Below are positions 11,393-23,900 of a DNA stretch of 35,565 nt, piece by piece. Under the pieces are notes generated by a model. That model worked only from the letters and a program-made list of their open reading frames with translations, made no database searches and was not told where the DNA came from. Location of the stretch: assembly GCA_030141605.1 (NCBI GenBank), contig JAQGDQ010000857.1:51604-87168 (forward strand), given 5' to 3'. The position numbers and the translations under genes are program-made. The number at the start of each line of letters is the position of its first letter. Position 1 is the stretch's first letter. The stretch comes from Tubiluchus corallicola. Its lineage: Eukaryota > Animalia > Priapulida.

Positions 11393-13086
11393 CTAAAAAA
11401 TTTTGCCGCTGTTAATGCTGCATTGTTAGATAAACACTGTGAAATAACTGCAGCACAAATTTAGTACATTGTGGCAATGTCTTTAGAACAAAGAATTACA
11501 CATTTTATTAATGGAAAAATGTTCGGTGGTACAACCAGCAGCTTTTTACTACTTGCGCATCCTGACAATATGCGCAGAATTTTAAGCAATCACAAATTTC
11601 CGCGCATTTCTGCGACCTATATCCTGCTGTCGACGCAGCAAGTGTGTGCTTTGCGACTGGCGAGCAAAGTTGAGCAATTCCAATACCGGTCAGTGACTAG
11701 ACGGATGATTACCGTGTTCAAGGCAAATGTTTTATTTGCCTTGTCCATTCTGTCCGTTTACTCTGTAGAAGTAGAACGTATTCATACCTGCCGGTTGTGT
11801 GTCGTATTTTTAGAGGGCTAACATTTATAGTGAACTAGGTTGCAGTCCCACAACAAGCATCACATTAACTATGGTAGACAATGTTATCGAATACTGAATT
11901 GAAGTTTGCTAGCGACTTCTTAAGTGAATACAAATTAGTCTGATAAAATTTCAACACAAAAATGTTACGTTCCCACAATTAATTAATTATTTAATTATTA
12001 TCCTAATTTTTTCGGATTTCCTGTCTTTCAACTTTGATGTCAAAAACTAATTAATTATGTGCTTGTAACATCATTAACAAAAATCTTGACAACCATTCTG
12101 CCCAAGTAAACTGCTGACTAAGCAAGTCGTTTAAGTTTAACAGCAATAAAATTTAATAAAACTAATATTTTATACACGTAAACTACATCAAAATAAATGC
12201 AACATTTCCAAATTTCAATACATAATTGAGGTCATTAGGTGAATATGCCTGTTATTTGATCAGAAATAAATCTTAATGTTACCGCAAATGCATTATAAGA
12301 CGTCCAAACGCCGTTTGAGATTGAAAAGTCACACGCTGGGTATAGCTGAGCATTTTAATTAGTAAACGTAATTTCCCCAGACTGAACGGTGGTTCAAAAG
12401 GATACTGAACTTTTGTGCGTTTGTGTGCAAAAACATTTCTTGAAGTTCAGTACAGGGTGGTACAAAATAAACAGACTAGCAAGTCAGCAGTTTAAGTTTA
12501 AATTAACGTCTATTTCACGGTGATAGACAAGCACGGTACAAGTCATTATTACAAAATTGATGGCACAGTTGAGGACCTGCTATGGTGGAGAGTCTCAGAA
12601 AAGGAACTAAGACAACACACCACCAGTAGACATTTGTATGAGTTCTGAACGACAAGCTAGAGACTAAAGCTCACAACTTCGTTCAATTCAATCGAAGCAA
12701 TTAATCCCACAGTTTTCAGATAGCTGTACCGATCACACCTCTAAGGTACGAGACTGTGCGTTGACCCTCTTACACTAAATATTGACAGCATGGTAGATTG
12801 GCAATTGTTTAAGCAGTACTTTTATGCTCTTGTCCTTTAACTGGGCATATAAGGGCACGCTATACTGGCGTTGATTTTAGTACTGCTGCATCTGTGGTGA
12901 AAAATCACAATTTGTTTTGATGTTTTAAACACGTACGCTTAAAGACGATTCGCTAGTTTGTTCGTAGTAAGACGTCTAGTTGAGTTTGTTTATCTATGTG
13001 TTTACCAGGAGCAATGCATTTCTTTGTTTACATGCTTATTGTATTGTTATCTGAGAACTTATTGTATTCATGTGGAATTTATGAAG

Positions 13087-13327
<241 letters not shown>

Positions 13328-13520
13328 AATTCTTCTGTGATGTTACGCATTGCTTTTCAACCCCACTCCACCCCACAAAAGATTAGGTACCACCCGTATG
13401 TAAGGTTCTAGTAATTAAATTGTTATTGTTGTGGAAATTCCTCATCTTTGCTGATCCGGTCATAGATACGATTTATTTACTCATGCAAAGCAAAATATGG
13501 GGTAATAATTTAACACTCAC

Positions 13521-13796
13521 TGCATTTGTAGGTAGGACAGCAGTTCCAGAGCGTTTCGACAACCTCACAATTGGGTTGAGGTGATTCTGGGCACCTCCGT
13601 TCCTGGCACGTCAAGTTGCCATGCTGACAGCTACATTCTCTGCAAAATCTAGTGTCCGGGACCATTTCTCCTTCTGCATAGTACTGCCCGTCCACCACGC
13701 AGCCCAGAAAAGCTTCGAAGATGATTGGCGTAGGTACGGTCGTCGTTGTCGTCATCAGTCGAGTGTACTCTGTGGGAGTCAGTGTCGCTTCTGGAG
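13521..13796 (-). CDS. Secreted 4xVWC protein, exon 3 (Thr linker, VWC2)
   Basis: tttcttatag...gtgagt, 276 nt, phase 1-1; CVVDGQYYAEGEMVPDTRFCRECSCQHGNLTCQERRC...CCPTYKC. Confidence 0.92.
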
Positions 13797-14296
13797 CTAT
13801 AAGAAACATAAAAGGAAATTAAAAGGAAACCAGGACGCCCAGTGTGTTCACAATACCAGTTTTGATTTGGTTTCGTAATTAAAATAAACGTAAAGCAATA
13901 ACAACCGAAAATTAGAATTCTGACATTCTGTCTAAAATGAAAAGATCTGCATAAACACTGAAAATTTGAGTTACTGTGAATTGCTAACGAATGAAAACCG
14001 CCAAAAATTACTGCGCCAAATCGGACAACCAATTTTTTAGTTAGTAAGCAGTTTTTAATGCCACTATAAAAACCAAAAAGTAACATAATTGACTTTAATG
14101 TGGCCACATCGAAAGGTGAATGTAGAGTTTATAAGGTGAAACGAATGTTTTAGTGAATATTAAATACTTGTTAATAAGCCATTAATAATTAACATAATTA
14201 TTCAAATTATCTTGAAAATAAGATAGGGCTCTTCTGAGACCTGCCATTATCATAAAGAAGGCCAAACTGCGCTTTAAATATCAAAAACTTTTATTT

Positions 14297-14338
14297 TTCC
14301 AGGAGCTTTCGTCCTTCACAGGACTATGCCAGCTGAAA
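14297..14338 (-). ncRNA. Degenerate minimal type-I hammerhead-ribozyme-like motif (left arm)
   Basis: TTTCAG-CTGGCATA-GTCCT GTGA AGGAC-GAAA-GCTC-CTGGAA: stems I and II and GAAA present, CUGANGA box degenerate. Confidence 0.5.
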
Positions 14339-14401
14339 CTACTTGTATGGCCTGGATCTTCAAATCAAACCAAGGCCTGAAATTCCAAGCTATGCAAGTA
14401 G

Positions 14402-14442
14402 TTTCAGTTGACCAAGTCCGGGAAGGACGAAAGCTCCTGGAA
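14402..14442 (+). ncRNA. Degenerate minimal type-I hammerhead-ribozyme-like motif (right arm)
   Basis: TTTCAG-TTGACCAA-GTCC GGGAA GGAC-GAAA-GCTC-CTGGAA; palindromic AGCT in the stem III position. Confidence 0.55.
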
Positions 14443-14465
14443 AAACAAAAGTTTTTGATATTTAA

Positions 14466-14979
14466 AGGAAAACCGGATGATTGTGTAAACATGAGTTCAG
14501 AGTAAAGAATGCTCTGAAATATTGAAAACTACAACAGCTTTTTTTTAATTAAAACTTAGATTAAATAATAATTACCTCAGATATTCAAATTTCGTTAAAC
14601 TTTCAAAGCTACGCGTGGCTCAGTGAATCTACTAAGATTGGCAGCAGCGCCTTTTTGTCACACGTGGTAACCATGATCGTGAACTGTTGTGTTAGTTTCT
14701 GACGTCATAGGATGTAAAGCTCATTTTTCGTGACTTCATGCGTTTAATCAATAACACTTATGCAAATGTGTTTGACGCGCAACTGAAGATGCCTGCCATT
14801 GCACAAACTGTGGTTAGTTTCTGACGTAAGCAATAGCTGTGTTCGGTTGCCGTTAATTAACTTTCTAAGCTAATTATTCAACTATAAGGAACAATTGTTG
14901 AATTTCATAGGCAAGAAAATGTATATTTTGGACAGCTAATTAAAATGAGATTAAGTCTAAACAATCGTACGGTCTTCCT
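14466..14979 (+). mobile_element. Kolobok-like non-autonomous DNA transposon, copy 1
   Basis: TTAA TSDs; TIRs AGGAAAACCGGATGATTG...CAATCGTACGGTCTTCCT (RR...YY termini). Confidence 0.8.
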
Positions 14980-15229
14980 TTAAAATACACTTTGTCTTCT
15001 TTGTAATTATTGATATTGTTTTATAGACTTATAATTCCACGTATCGTTGAGTACCTAAAAGCATAAGTTTGAAAAAAGCGCTTAAATATTTTGCAGACAT
15101 TTTGCAAAGTGTAAAATTTTAATGCTTCAGCTTGATTGACAGCAATTTACACATTCATGAAAATCTCTAGTTAAACTTACTTCCAAACCTACGCATGCGC
15201 TCAGCAAAAACCAAAGTAATCCTACTTAC

Positions 15230-15445
15230 GACACTCGTACTCGGTAGGACAGCACACGCCCTCTCTCATCTTGAGTTTACAGGCCGGGTGTGGCAGAGGG
15301 GGACTCAGACAAAGGCTCTGGGCGCACAGGGGCATGCCTTGATAGCAGTGACACGACATGCAGGGGTCGGTGGCTGGAATCTTTTCACCATCTTCATATG
15401 TTTCTCCATTTGCTTGACAGGTGGCGCGATAACTGCCGATACTTC
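15230..15445 (-). CDS. Secreted 4xVWC protein, exon 2 (VWC1)
   Basis: tttttattgcag...gtaagt, 216 nt, phase 1-1; CQANGETYEDGEKIPATDPCMSCHCYQGMPLCAQSLCLSPPLPHPACKLKMREGVCCPTEYEC (10 Cys). Confidence 0.92.
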
Positions 15446-15984
15446 CTGCAATAAAAAGCGGAAATATTTTCTTCATTTCACTACTAAAATCTCAGTGTAG
15501 GTCTTCCTTGTTGTAACAACTGTAACTTTATGGAAACAAAAGCTATTTGAATTAAACTGCGTATTCATTTTACTCATTTAAACGATTACGTAGCTGCACT
15601 TTTATATTTGTTGCAGTATTAACAAGGTATTGCTTGTAGCGCATGTATCGCCCTCTACAAGAATTGCAGTAGAACTAACATAAGCTGGATCAGCTTTAAG
15701 ATTCACGTTAAGCTGCTAACTTTGTTTTAAATGCATCATTTAGATCTTGCTAATTAATTGCTAACGAATTGAAACGGACAAAAAAACTGTTATACTAAAT
15801 CGGAAAGCGAATTTTTATTAACTTGAAGTCGTCTAGTTTTATAGTTTAATAGTCAGAAAAGAGTCGAGCAAAAAGGAGAAGGAAAGGACAAAAATATCCA
15901 GTAAATAAAAGAAAAAAAGAGCAAGCCTTAACAGTACTTGTCTTAATTGACATGGTCATGCAATAAACTTAATATTGCACCTAT

Positions 15985-16397
<413 letters not shown>

Positions 16398-17128
16398 AAG
16401 AAAGATTCCAAAATAATTTACAACTTTTTACAAAAAACATAATGTAATACGGAAAAATAAATTTAATTATTAAAAAAGACTGTAATGTGAGAACGAAAAG
16501 GTACGACACGATATTTGTGCCCACGATCGTGAACTATTTGTGGATGAGAAAGAAGAAAAAGAAATAAACATCCTTTGGGTGTTTGTATTCTACTAGATTA
16601 ATCAATTGAGTGAAGGAAAAACTACAAGGGAGAGAAAAGAAAAATTACAAATTATCACTAGTAACACAATAGCAGGAGCAGTAGGTTTGCACTTGAACGA
16701 AATTACGACAAATTCTCTTCTTCCAAGTCAAGCTTTCAATTTTTGCCAACACTGTCAACCTTCCATATATGGTAAACTGGAAAATGTCACTGTCACTGTC
16801 CTTATAAGGCTTGACTAAAACGAGGTTGTTTTACAACTTTGAGGTGAACAAAACAAGCTTAAAAACTTCAAGTTTGCCCCGGGTTGTGTTATTTTTAGAT
16901 TGACGGAGGTTAACTAAGCTTTACCTCTGCACAACCAGCAGGAAATCTGTTTCTTATTTCTTGTTTTCGGTTTAGCACATTTTAGAAAAAATCAAGACCA
17001 TTTTGTTAAAAAAAATCATCATTATCCCGGTCTAATGAAGCTTATGTTGCTCGGTTTAATTCAAAAATACAGGTATATTGATTTTTGATAGCTTGTGTGT
17101 GATGGAAATTGAGTTGGTTTTGAAAATA

Positions 17129-17205
17129 CTGTTCCGGGGTTCGAACCGGTAGATAGCCTTACGGCCCGCCATCGGTGATGCGGTAAGCACTGCATAACGG
17201 ACACT
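17129..17205 (-). mobile_element. tRNA-derived SINE-like head (degenerate)
   Basis: B-box GGTTCGAACCC with an upstream A-box-like TGCAGTGCTTA; partial terminal pairing TGTCCG/CGGAACA. Confidence 0.35.
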
Positions 17206-18257
17206 CCAGAAATTTAAAGAAAAGAAACAACAAAACCAAAACTTAGAATTCAAAAGGGACGCCTGAGAAGAACAACACAATAGAAAAAAAAACAAAACCT
17301 GATGACAATGCTTCAAACCTTACGGAATCCACGACACTCGGCAGGCAGACAGGAGAAGTGCATTCCACGACAACCAGAAGACAACTGACGATGTCACGTG
17401 TTCGTTCTTTCCACAGGAAACCACTGCTCAACCAATCGCAGGTAATGTCATGGGCTTCCTAGTTTAAAGTGGAGGTCATAACATTACCTGTAGGTTGGCT
17501 GGCCTGATGCCTATGAATAGAACTGCACTGTTCCCTGTTCAGCTCAATATTCAAGTCATTTCGAAAAACTTAAGAGCTTTAAATTTCTTTCAGTGAATTT
17601 TGTAGGCATTAAAACACGGAGAAAAATTGAAAACCGGAAATTGCATTTTTAATAATGATGATTTAATAATAATATTAATAAAAACAAAGAAAATATTTTA
17701 GATTTTAATCACAAAACGATTTTTCGCCAAAAGATGAGACAATATTCTTCACTAATAAGGGTAAAAAAATTTATCTTGAAATTTGATATCGCATACATGC
17801 TGTCTTATTGAGCGTAGAGCTTGTGTTATCAGTAACGCTGTATAAAACTTGCAAATTTAAACTCCTTGGACGACCCTTAGGGTAGCCATTTTAACTGAAA
17901 GCCCTTTGAAACAAATTTGAAAAAATAATCAGAGCATTCGTAATGCCCTCTTCTATAACTAAGTAAAATTACAAAAAAATTTTTATTGTCAATGAGATTA
18001 TTTTATTTGCTGTTTTTTTGGTGAGCCAGTGAAGCACACTGGGATAATGAAACAGTGACGTTTTTAGCAGTTAGCGCGAACAACAAGCACGCGTAATGTA
18101 TGGAAAGGTTTTTCAAGTGCTTTTGTTAGCATAATTGTAATGCATAGCTGGGTTCGAGCTCTACCAGTAGAAAAACTTTCGATATTTTTCATTTTTTCTA
18201 TTTACAAAGCATTATATATTAAAATCTTTAAAAATGATAAGAAATGAATAAACTTAC

Positions 18258-18318
18258 CAGCCAGCGATGAAGCTATGCAGCCAAACAAAACCCAAAATAC
18301 ACAAGCAGTTTTATCCAT
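18258..18318 (-). CDS. Secreted 4xVWC protein, exon 1 (signal peptide)
   Basis: AAAATG; MDKTACVFWVLFGCIASSLA, hydrophobic core ending S-L-A; gtaagt donor, phase 1, joins exon 2 in frame; total CDS 1344 nt = 447 aa. Confidence 0.85.
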
Positions 18319-18422
18319 TTTCTTACAGTATTCGTCTTTACGTCTATAATATGATGTTGCTCTTCGTTGTCCGTGGGTTCGAAACCAGTCGATGATCTGC
18401 TAATCAAATCAAAACTCTCTAG

Positions 18423-18505
18423 CTTATATACACCACCATCGCCAAACATTCCAACGTGCAGCAAGCACGCGTGTCGAGGGCGGTTCCATGCACACCTGAG
18501 CCAAT
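18423..18505 (-). promoter_or_regulatory. Putative core promoter of the VWC gene (TATA + CCAAT)
   Basis: TATATAAG on minus at 18423-18430; CCAAT at 18501-18505; no ATG between the TATA and the start codon. Confidence 0.5.
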
Positions 18506-18840
18506 GTTAGGCGAAGGGAGCAGTCACACCTCAAGGGCGTGCTATTAAAATGAAAAAAACTCGCTTATAATTCGCGTGAAATGTCAAACTGACTAACGCA
18601 AACTTTCCGTGATAAAGAAACAGGGTGATACGACAATAAAAAAACAGTAAATGTGCTTTTTAAACTACCGACAAACACGTAGGGCGTTCGTGTGAGGACA
18701 CGCCGAATTGGCTACGAGTACTCAAGTAGTAATAGGTAATCATTAAGCCCTTTGGGTATAGAATTGACACCGTCGCACGGCTACTACGCATGGCTACGCT
18801 AAGGTGGGCGCTACGTGAACATACCACACATTACCTTACA

Positions 18841-18904
18841 TGGGAATACAACCCAACGGTTAATTGGGATGCAACCCAACGGTTAATTGGGATGCAACCC
18901 AACG
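18841..18904. repeat. 23-bp tandem repeat (~2.7 copies) with internal TTGGG...CCCAA dyad
   Basis: TGGGATGCAACCCAACGGTTAAT repeated. Confidence 0.85.
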
Positions 18905-18986
18905 CAGCCTAATAATTGTCCTCTAAGAAAAGATGATGTTACAACCCTGGCATGCGAAAAGGTGTATTGATCTGTTACAATATTAA

Positions 18987-19470
18987 CGGAAGACCGGATG
19001 ATTGTTTAGACTCGATCTCGTTTTAATTTACTATCCAAATTTATATATTGCCTATAAAATTTGCCTATAAATTCTTTATATTTCAATTAGCTTAGAAAGT
19101 TAATTAACGGCAACCGAACACACCCATTGCTTACGTCACAAACTAACAACAGTTTGTGCAATGGTAGGCATCTCCCTTGCACGTCAAGCACGTTTGCGTA
19201 AGTGTTACTGCTTAAACGCGTGATCTCACGAAAGTTTGCTCTACATCATATGACGTCAGAAACTAACACTTCAGTTCATGATCCTGGTTATCATGGTACC
19301 GCTTTCTATTTATCGGGCACGAGAACATGACAAAAAGGCGCCCTGCCAATCTTAGCAGATACATTGTGTCGCGCATAGCTTTGAAAGTTTAACGAAATTT
19401 GAGTATCCGAGGTAATTATTATTTAATTTGGGCTTTGATTAAAAAAAAAAAAGCTATTGTAGTTTCCAAC
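18987..19470 (-). mobile_element. Kolobok-like MITE, copy 2 (inverted, one end missing)
   Basis: TTAA then CGGAAGACCGGATGATTG; reverse-complement homology to 14520-14979. Confidence 0.8.
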
Positions 19471-19670
19471 TCATTACGCTCGAGGGTAACAATTGTTGTG
19501 AAAAATAAACCGTAATGGTTGATGAACATTCAGGCATTCACAGTCGTAATTTAATTAATGATGTTGCGTATATTATTGAAAGTTAATTGTTAATTGTATT
19601 ACATCACTATAAGTCATTTGATTTTCGAGAGATCTAGTTTTCATTTCACGCGGAATTGAAAATACGGTCA

Positions 19671-19992
19671 TCAATTCCGCGTGAAATGAAAACTCTTAAT
19701 CTTTATCAATTTAAAAAAGCATCAAAAAATTAATTACTGCAACGGTATAATTAACTCACAGTTTTACTCATCCTGATCTTAAGTTACTAACAAAACTTAT
19801 TTTGTTCTAATGTACATCATAACTGATGAAAATACTATGTAATGCTAATTGTCAATTGTTCCACTTATCTGGAGGACGTCTCGAAAGCATAATGTCCTTC
19901 CTCCTCCTCACAGTAACTCGTTTATTGTATTTTATAATGTATTAACAATTTGTATGCATGTTTATATGTTGCTGTGGAATAAATTCATAAAA
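19671..19992 (+). mobile_element. 5'-truncated LINE (CR1/L2-like) 3' end
   Basis: Degenerate ORF2-like tail SIPREMKTLNLYQFKKASKN*LLQRYN*, a 3'UTR stem-loop (GGAGGAC...CCTCC) and an AATAAA end; partial inverted copy at ~20160-20300. Confidence 0.55.
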
Positions 19993-20852
19993 TCCGTAAA
20001 AAAATTCTAAAATGATTTTCAAACGTTAAATTTATTAAATGAGAAAAATACAAGGTGCTTGCTAAATGATCGCAAGGAACCTGTTTCCTGTAGTTTATAC
20101 ACTTTATGCCGACGACATTGCACTCATAGGAGATGTAAACAATGACACGCTCCCCTAGAATACAATAAACGAGTCACTGTGAGGAGGAGGAAGGAGCATT
20201 ATGCTTTCGAGTCCTCCTCCAGGTAAGTGAAACAATTGACAATTAACATTACATAGTATTTTCATCAGTTACGATTTACAACAAACAGAATTAAGTTCTA
20301 TCTGTTATGTTATGAAACTTTATTCAATTCCACTAAAGTCGACGGTGTGACACTTTCACGTCACAGCAGTAGTTATAAGAAAAGATCACGTGACTCACAT
20401 AATGACGGGAATTCAGGGTCAGGACCACACAACCCCAACCCCAAGAAGACAACACGCCGATGGGTGAAAATATTATAATTATCACGAAACTTTATGACAC
20501 CATAAAATATCTGTCTCTACCGATTTATAGATGTTAGAGGTATTCCAGTATTCGTGTTTAAAAACAGCGAGAAATTTGAATGTCAACAGAAAATTTAAAA
20601 GGAAAATCACGATTTTTTATCTACCAACTAACGTCATAAGTCATTTAGCACAAAAGGCTAAGAAATTTGGTTGAATTAAATATTCGTTTTTTTGCAAATC
20701 CATTTTAATGCTAATCGGGAAAAGTAAATTTCCAAAAACACGGTTAAATTGTTAACGTTTGGTAGTATACACCCAAATAACTCTCGAAAAATGTGAATGT
20801 TCAGTATTTTTATCAAGATGCTGACTATGATTTTTGAATTTATTGGTAGGCA

Positions 20853-20889
20853 TATGTATGTATGTATGTGTGTGTGGGTGTATGTGCGT

Positions 20890-20946
<57 letters not shown>

Positions 20947-20958
20947 CGTGTGTGTGTG

Positions 20959-21000
<42 letters not shown>

Positions 21001-21038
21001 TGCGTGCGCATGTGTGTGTGCGTGCGTGTGTGTGTGTG

Positions 21039-21074
<36 letters not shown>

Positions 21075-21234
21075 ATGTATGTATGTATGTATGTATGTAT
21101 GTATGTATGTATGTATGTATGTATGTATGTATGTATGTATGTATGTATGTATGTATGTATGTATGTATGTATGTATGTATGTATGTATGTATGTATGTAT
21201 GTATGTATGTATGTATGTATGTATGTATGTATGT
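20853..21234. repeat. (TG)n followed by (TATG)n microsatellite
   Basis: Directly visible. Confidence 0.98.
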
Positions 21235-22281
21235 AGTTTACTGACTAAATCTGATTACATGTATACATGACAACGAGGAAAATGCCACAATCGATACTTT
21301 AGTGATTTTAGTCCAAACGTCGCCTCAGGCACATATTCTACTCAAGGTCACATTTGTACATCTAATGCAAAAGTGTTTCTTCCAGGCTATAGCAAATTCT
21401 AATGAACAGGCCGTAGTAATTTTACGTAGTTATGCAACCTGGTCTCCAGCAGTCAATTGGCAAGGTGACAAGGTGTAGTACTAATGCTGTCGGTTGAACC
21501 TAATTACTATGATAAAGATACGTGATACGTCTTTACACGTAGCTAACAAATCAACTACCTCCTTCAAATCGATTATTGTAAATTTTGTTGACTTAGTTTG
21601 TTCAAACATAATTTATTGTAGGATTGGATTAGATAGTTTCAAAACATGATATATAATCCTCACTGCAACAAGTTATGTACACTATTTAAAAACATTTGCA
21701 ATACAAAACTAAATGATATTAATCATTTCAAACATATTTCGTATAAAACTTATATATCGTGTTTTAAACTCGTCCAATGGTTTATTAAAACATGTAATTT
21801 ACGATAGTGATGTTTTATATGCTTCGAAATTTTTGCCCATTGGAATGTAATTTTAGTGTACTTTTAACGTAGGTCATATTTGCAATATTCTAACTGATTT
21901 CTCTTCTTACTTTTTCTATAAATTGTAAGTTTATGTTTTTATAGCTAGTTTTTTGGTAGTTATTGCATTTTTATGGCTTAAGATTATGTCTACGAGCTGA
22001 TATTATGATAACAAACATAAATACATATAATAAGATTAGCTATTACAACACTATCTCGCAACATATTTATCACAATTTTACATTAGATAGACCTATAGCT
22101 AATAAACTAGTGTTGAAAAAATTTTAATCCACAAAAATTTACGACTGATGCGTTTAAATTGGAGAAATTTAAAACTATTGGAAACGTTTATTGTCAATTG
22201 TAAGGTCGTGTACACGTTGGAATATCAATAATTTCACTATTAACAATATAATTAAAGTGATATTTTCCAAGCGGTAACAAC

Positions 22282-22685
22282 TAGCATTCTCTACTAGAAA
22301 TCGAATTCGAATCGAATCGAATTTGTGACCTTCGAATTCGAATCGATGCGAACTTCAGTATTTCGAATTGGAATTGAGATTGAAAGATTTTTGAACAAGT
22401 TTTCGAACCACCAACAAAAATTAATCTTACGAAGAACATGCACATTAAAAGACTTTGTTCTGCAGTAAAACTACTGATAATTTGTATAAAATTTTTGCGC
22501 AGAAACTGCAGCCTTAATTTTGCTAATTGCATGACGTTTCAATTGTTGTAATGATAAAGAACGTATGTGGTTGAAGTGCTGAATTATTCGAATCTATAAT
22601 TTTAGGTTCGAATCGAATTCGTATTAAAAAAATCGTTCGAATCGAATCTGAACGTTCGAACTCGAACGTTCGATGCTCACCCCTA
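22282..22685 (-). mobile_element. hAT MITE, copy 2 (same family as 5876-6266)
   Basis: Ends ...ATGCTCACCCCTA; near-perfect TSD GTAACAAC/ATAACAAC; short deletion inside the other TIR. Confidence 0.88.
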
Positions 22686-23669
22686 ATAACAACTTCAACA
22701 GATCATGACTTCCTGTGTCATGTTTTCCGTAGTGTTAGCCAGTTATGTTATGCTTTTCAAGCAGCAGGATTTAATTTAATTTAACAAACATGACAATCTC
22801 AACATGTTGTACAATTAGACGGTGCACTTTCGTAGCTTTACAACTGCTAATCAATTACAAAGAACTTCGCAATTGAGTATCGACCTTCAGACCTTCTGTA
22901 TGGTGCTGTCTGGTACGTCACCGGATGTGACGTCTGCTGGCGTGGCGGCGGACGCGATCAAAATGCCGAGTTTGTTTAATTTTTACACGAAAGATCACGG
23001 TTTCCCGAATCGGAGCCTGACACTGGATTATCCACCCCGCGAGGTGGCTAAATAACAGAACAAAGAGGTAATACAAGAAAAAATCTTCATAATCGTGATC
23101 TCTTTAAGCGGCGCACCTGATTTCGTGTTGAGATACGATTGTTTTTCAACTTAAACTTGACATTTGCAGACTGAGCCTGGAATTCGCCTCCGGCATTAGC
23201 CGCAGATTCGCAAACACGCAAAACAAGGGTGTAGTACCGTCAGTAGTAGCAAGTTGCATACTATAAATAGCTTGTTTAAAGTCAGAAATTAGTTGTAATA
23301 AAAATGTTCTTTAAGCCGGATGCGTGAAGATTCGTAAAAAATCGGTTATGGGAAAAGCAGAGACAGGACAAAATTTCGTCAAACAATCACCGACCAATAT
23401 ATTGACATTTATCAGAATTTATTAAAGTAGTTAATTACAAGAATTTAATAAAATCTATAATCTATCTTGGAGTTTTTAAAATTGTATTTTACGTAGACAG
23501 AACTTTACATTATATGGCAAAATGGAGTTATAAAGATTATAAGATTTGTATAAAATATTAGCAAGTAGTTTTCAAAAAGTGATCAATTTTAAGTACTGAG
23601 ACGAGTTTTAGGTTACTTTGCTGCACTGTAAATATTACATCTCATGTAACATAATTTTATTATGTCCTA

Positions 23670-23900
23670 CTAGGGGCAAAATAGAGGTTGACCTTTGACC
23701 CACGTGGGTTTAAAAGTTACAAGTTGCTATTTCATTAGAAAATGGAATTCTTAGGTAATCAAACAATGGAAATTCGATAAAATCAAAAATGATAAATATG
23801 ATTTTTGAACAAAAAACTGATATCATGTCATGGATTAAGTCTGTAACTATAGCTAACAGAATCTTCAGTTTCTGACCGCGTCTTATGAAATTCTGATTTG
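23670..23900 (+). repeat. Unclassified interspersed repeat; second direct copy at ~28240-28460
   Basis: Shared GGTTGACCTTTGACC...TGGAATTCTTA...ATAAAATCAAAA...TTTCTGACC blocks. Confidence 0.65.

Larger units (their letters stand above)
14246..15010. mobile_element. Palindromic element, probably Penelope-like (inverted pLTR remnant), interrupted by a Kolobok-like MITE
   Basis: Arm ~14246-14356 is the reverse complement of ~14384-14465 plus ~14984-15010. Each arm has a hammerhead-like motif followed by an A-rich tract (AATAAA in the left arm). Confidence 0.6.

Noticed and set aside
12451-12480. Tc1/mariner element starting TACAGGGTGGTACAAAA
   Set aside because: Only one TIR-like end; no matching partner or transposase remnant found. 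The CACCCTGTA at ~26148-26156 differs internally.
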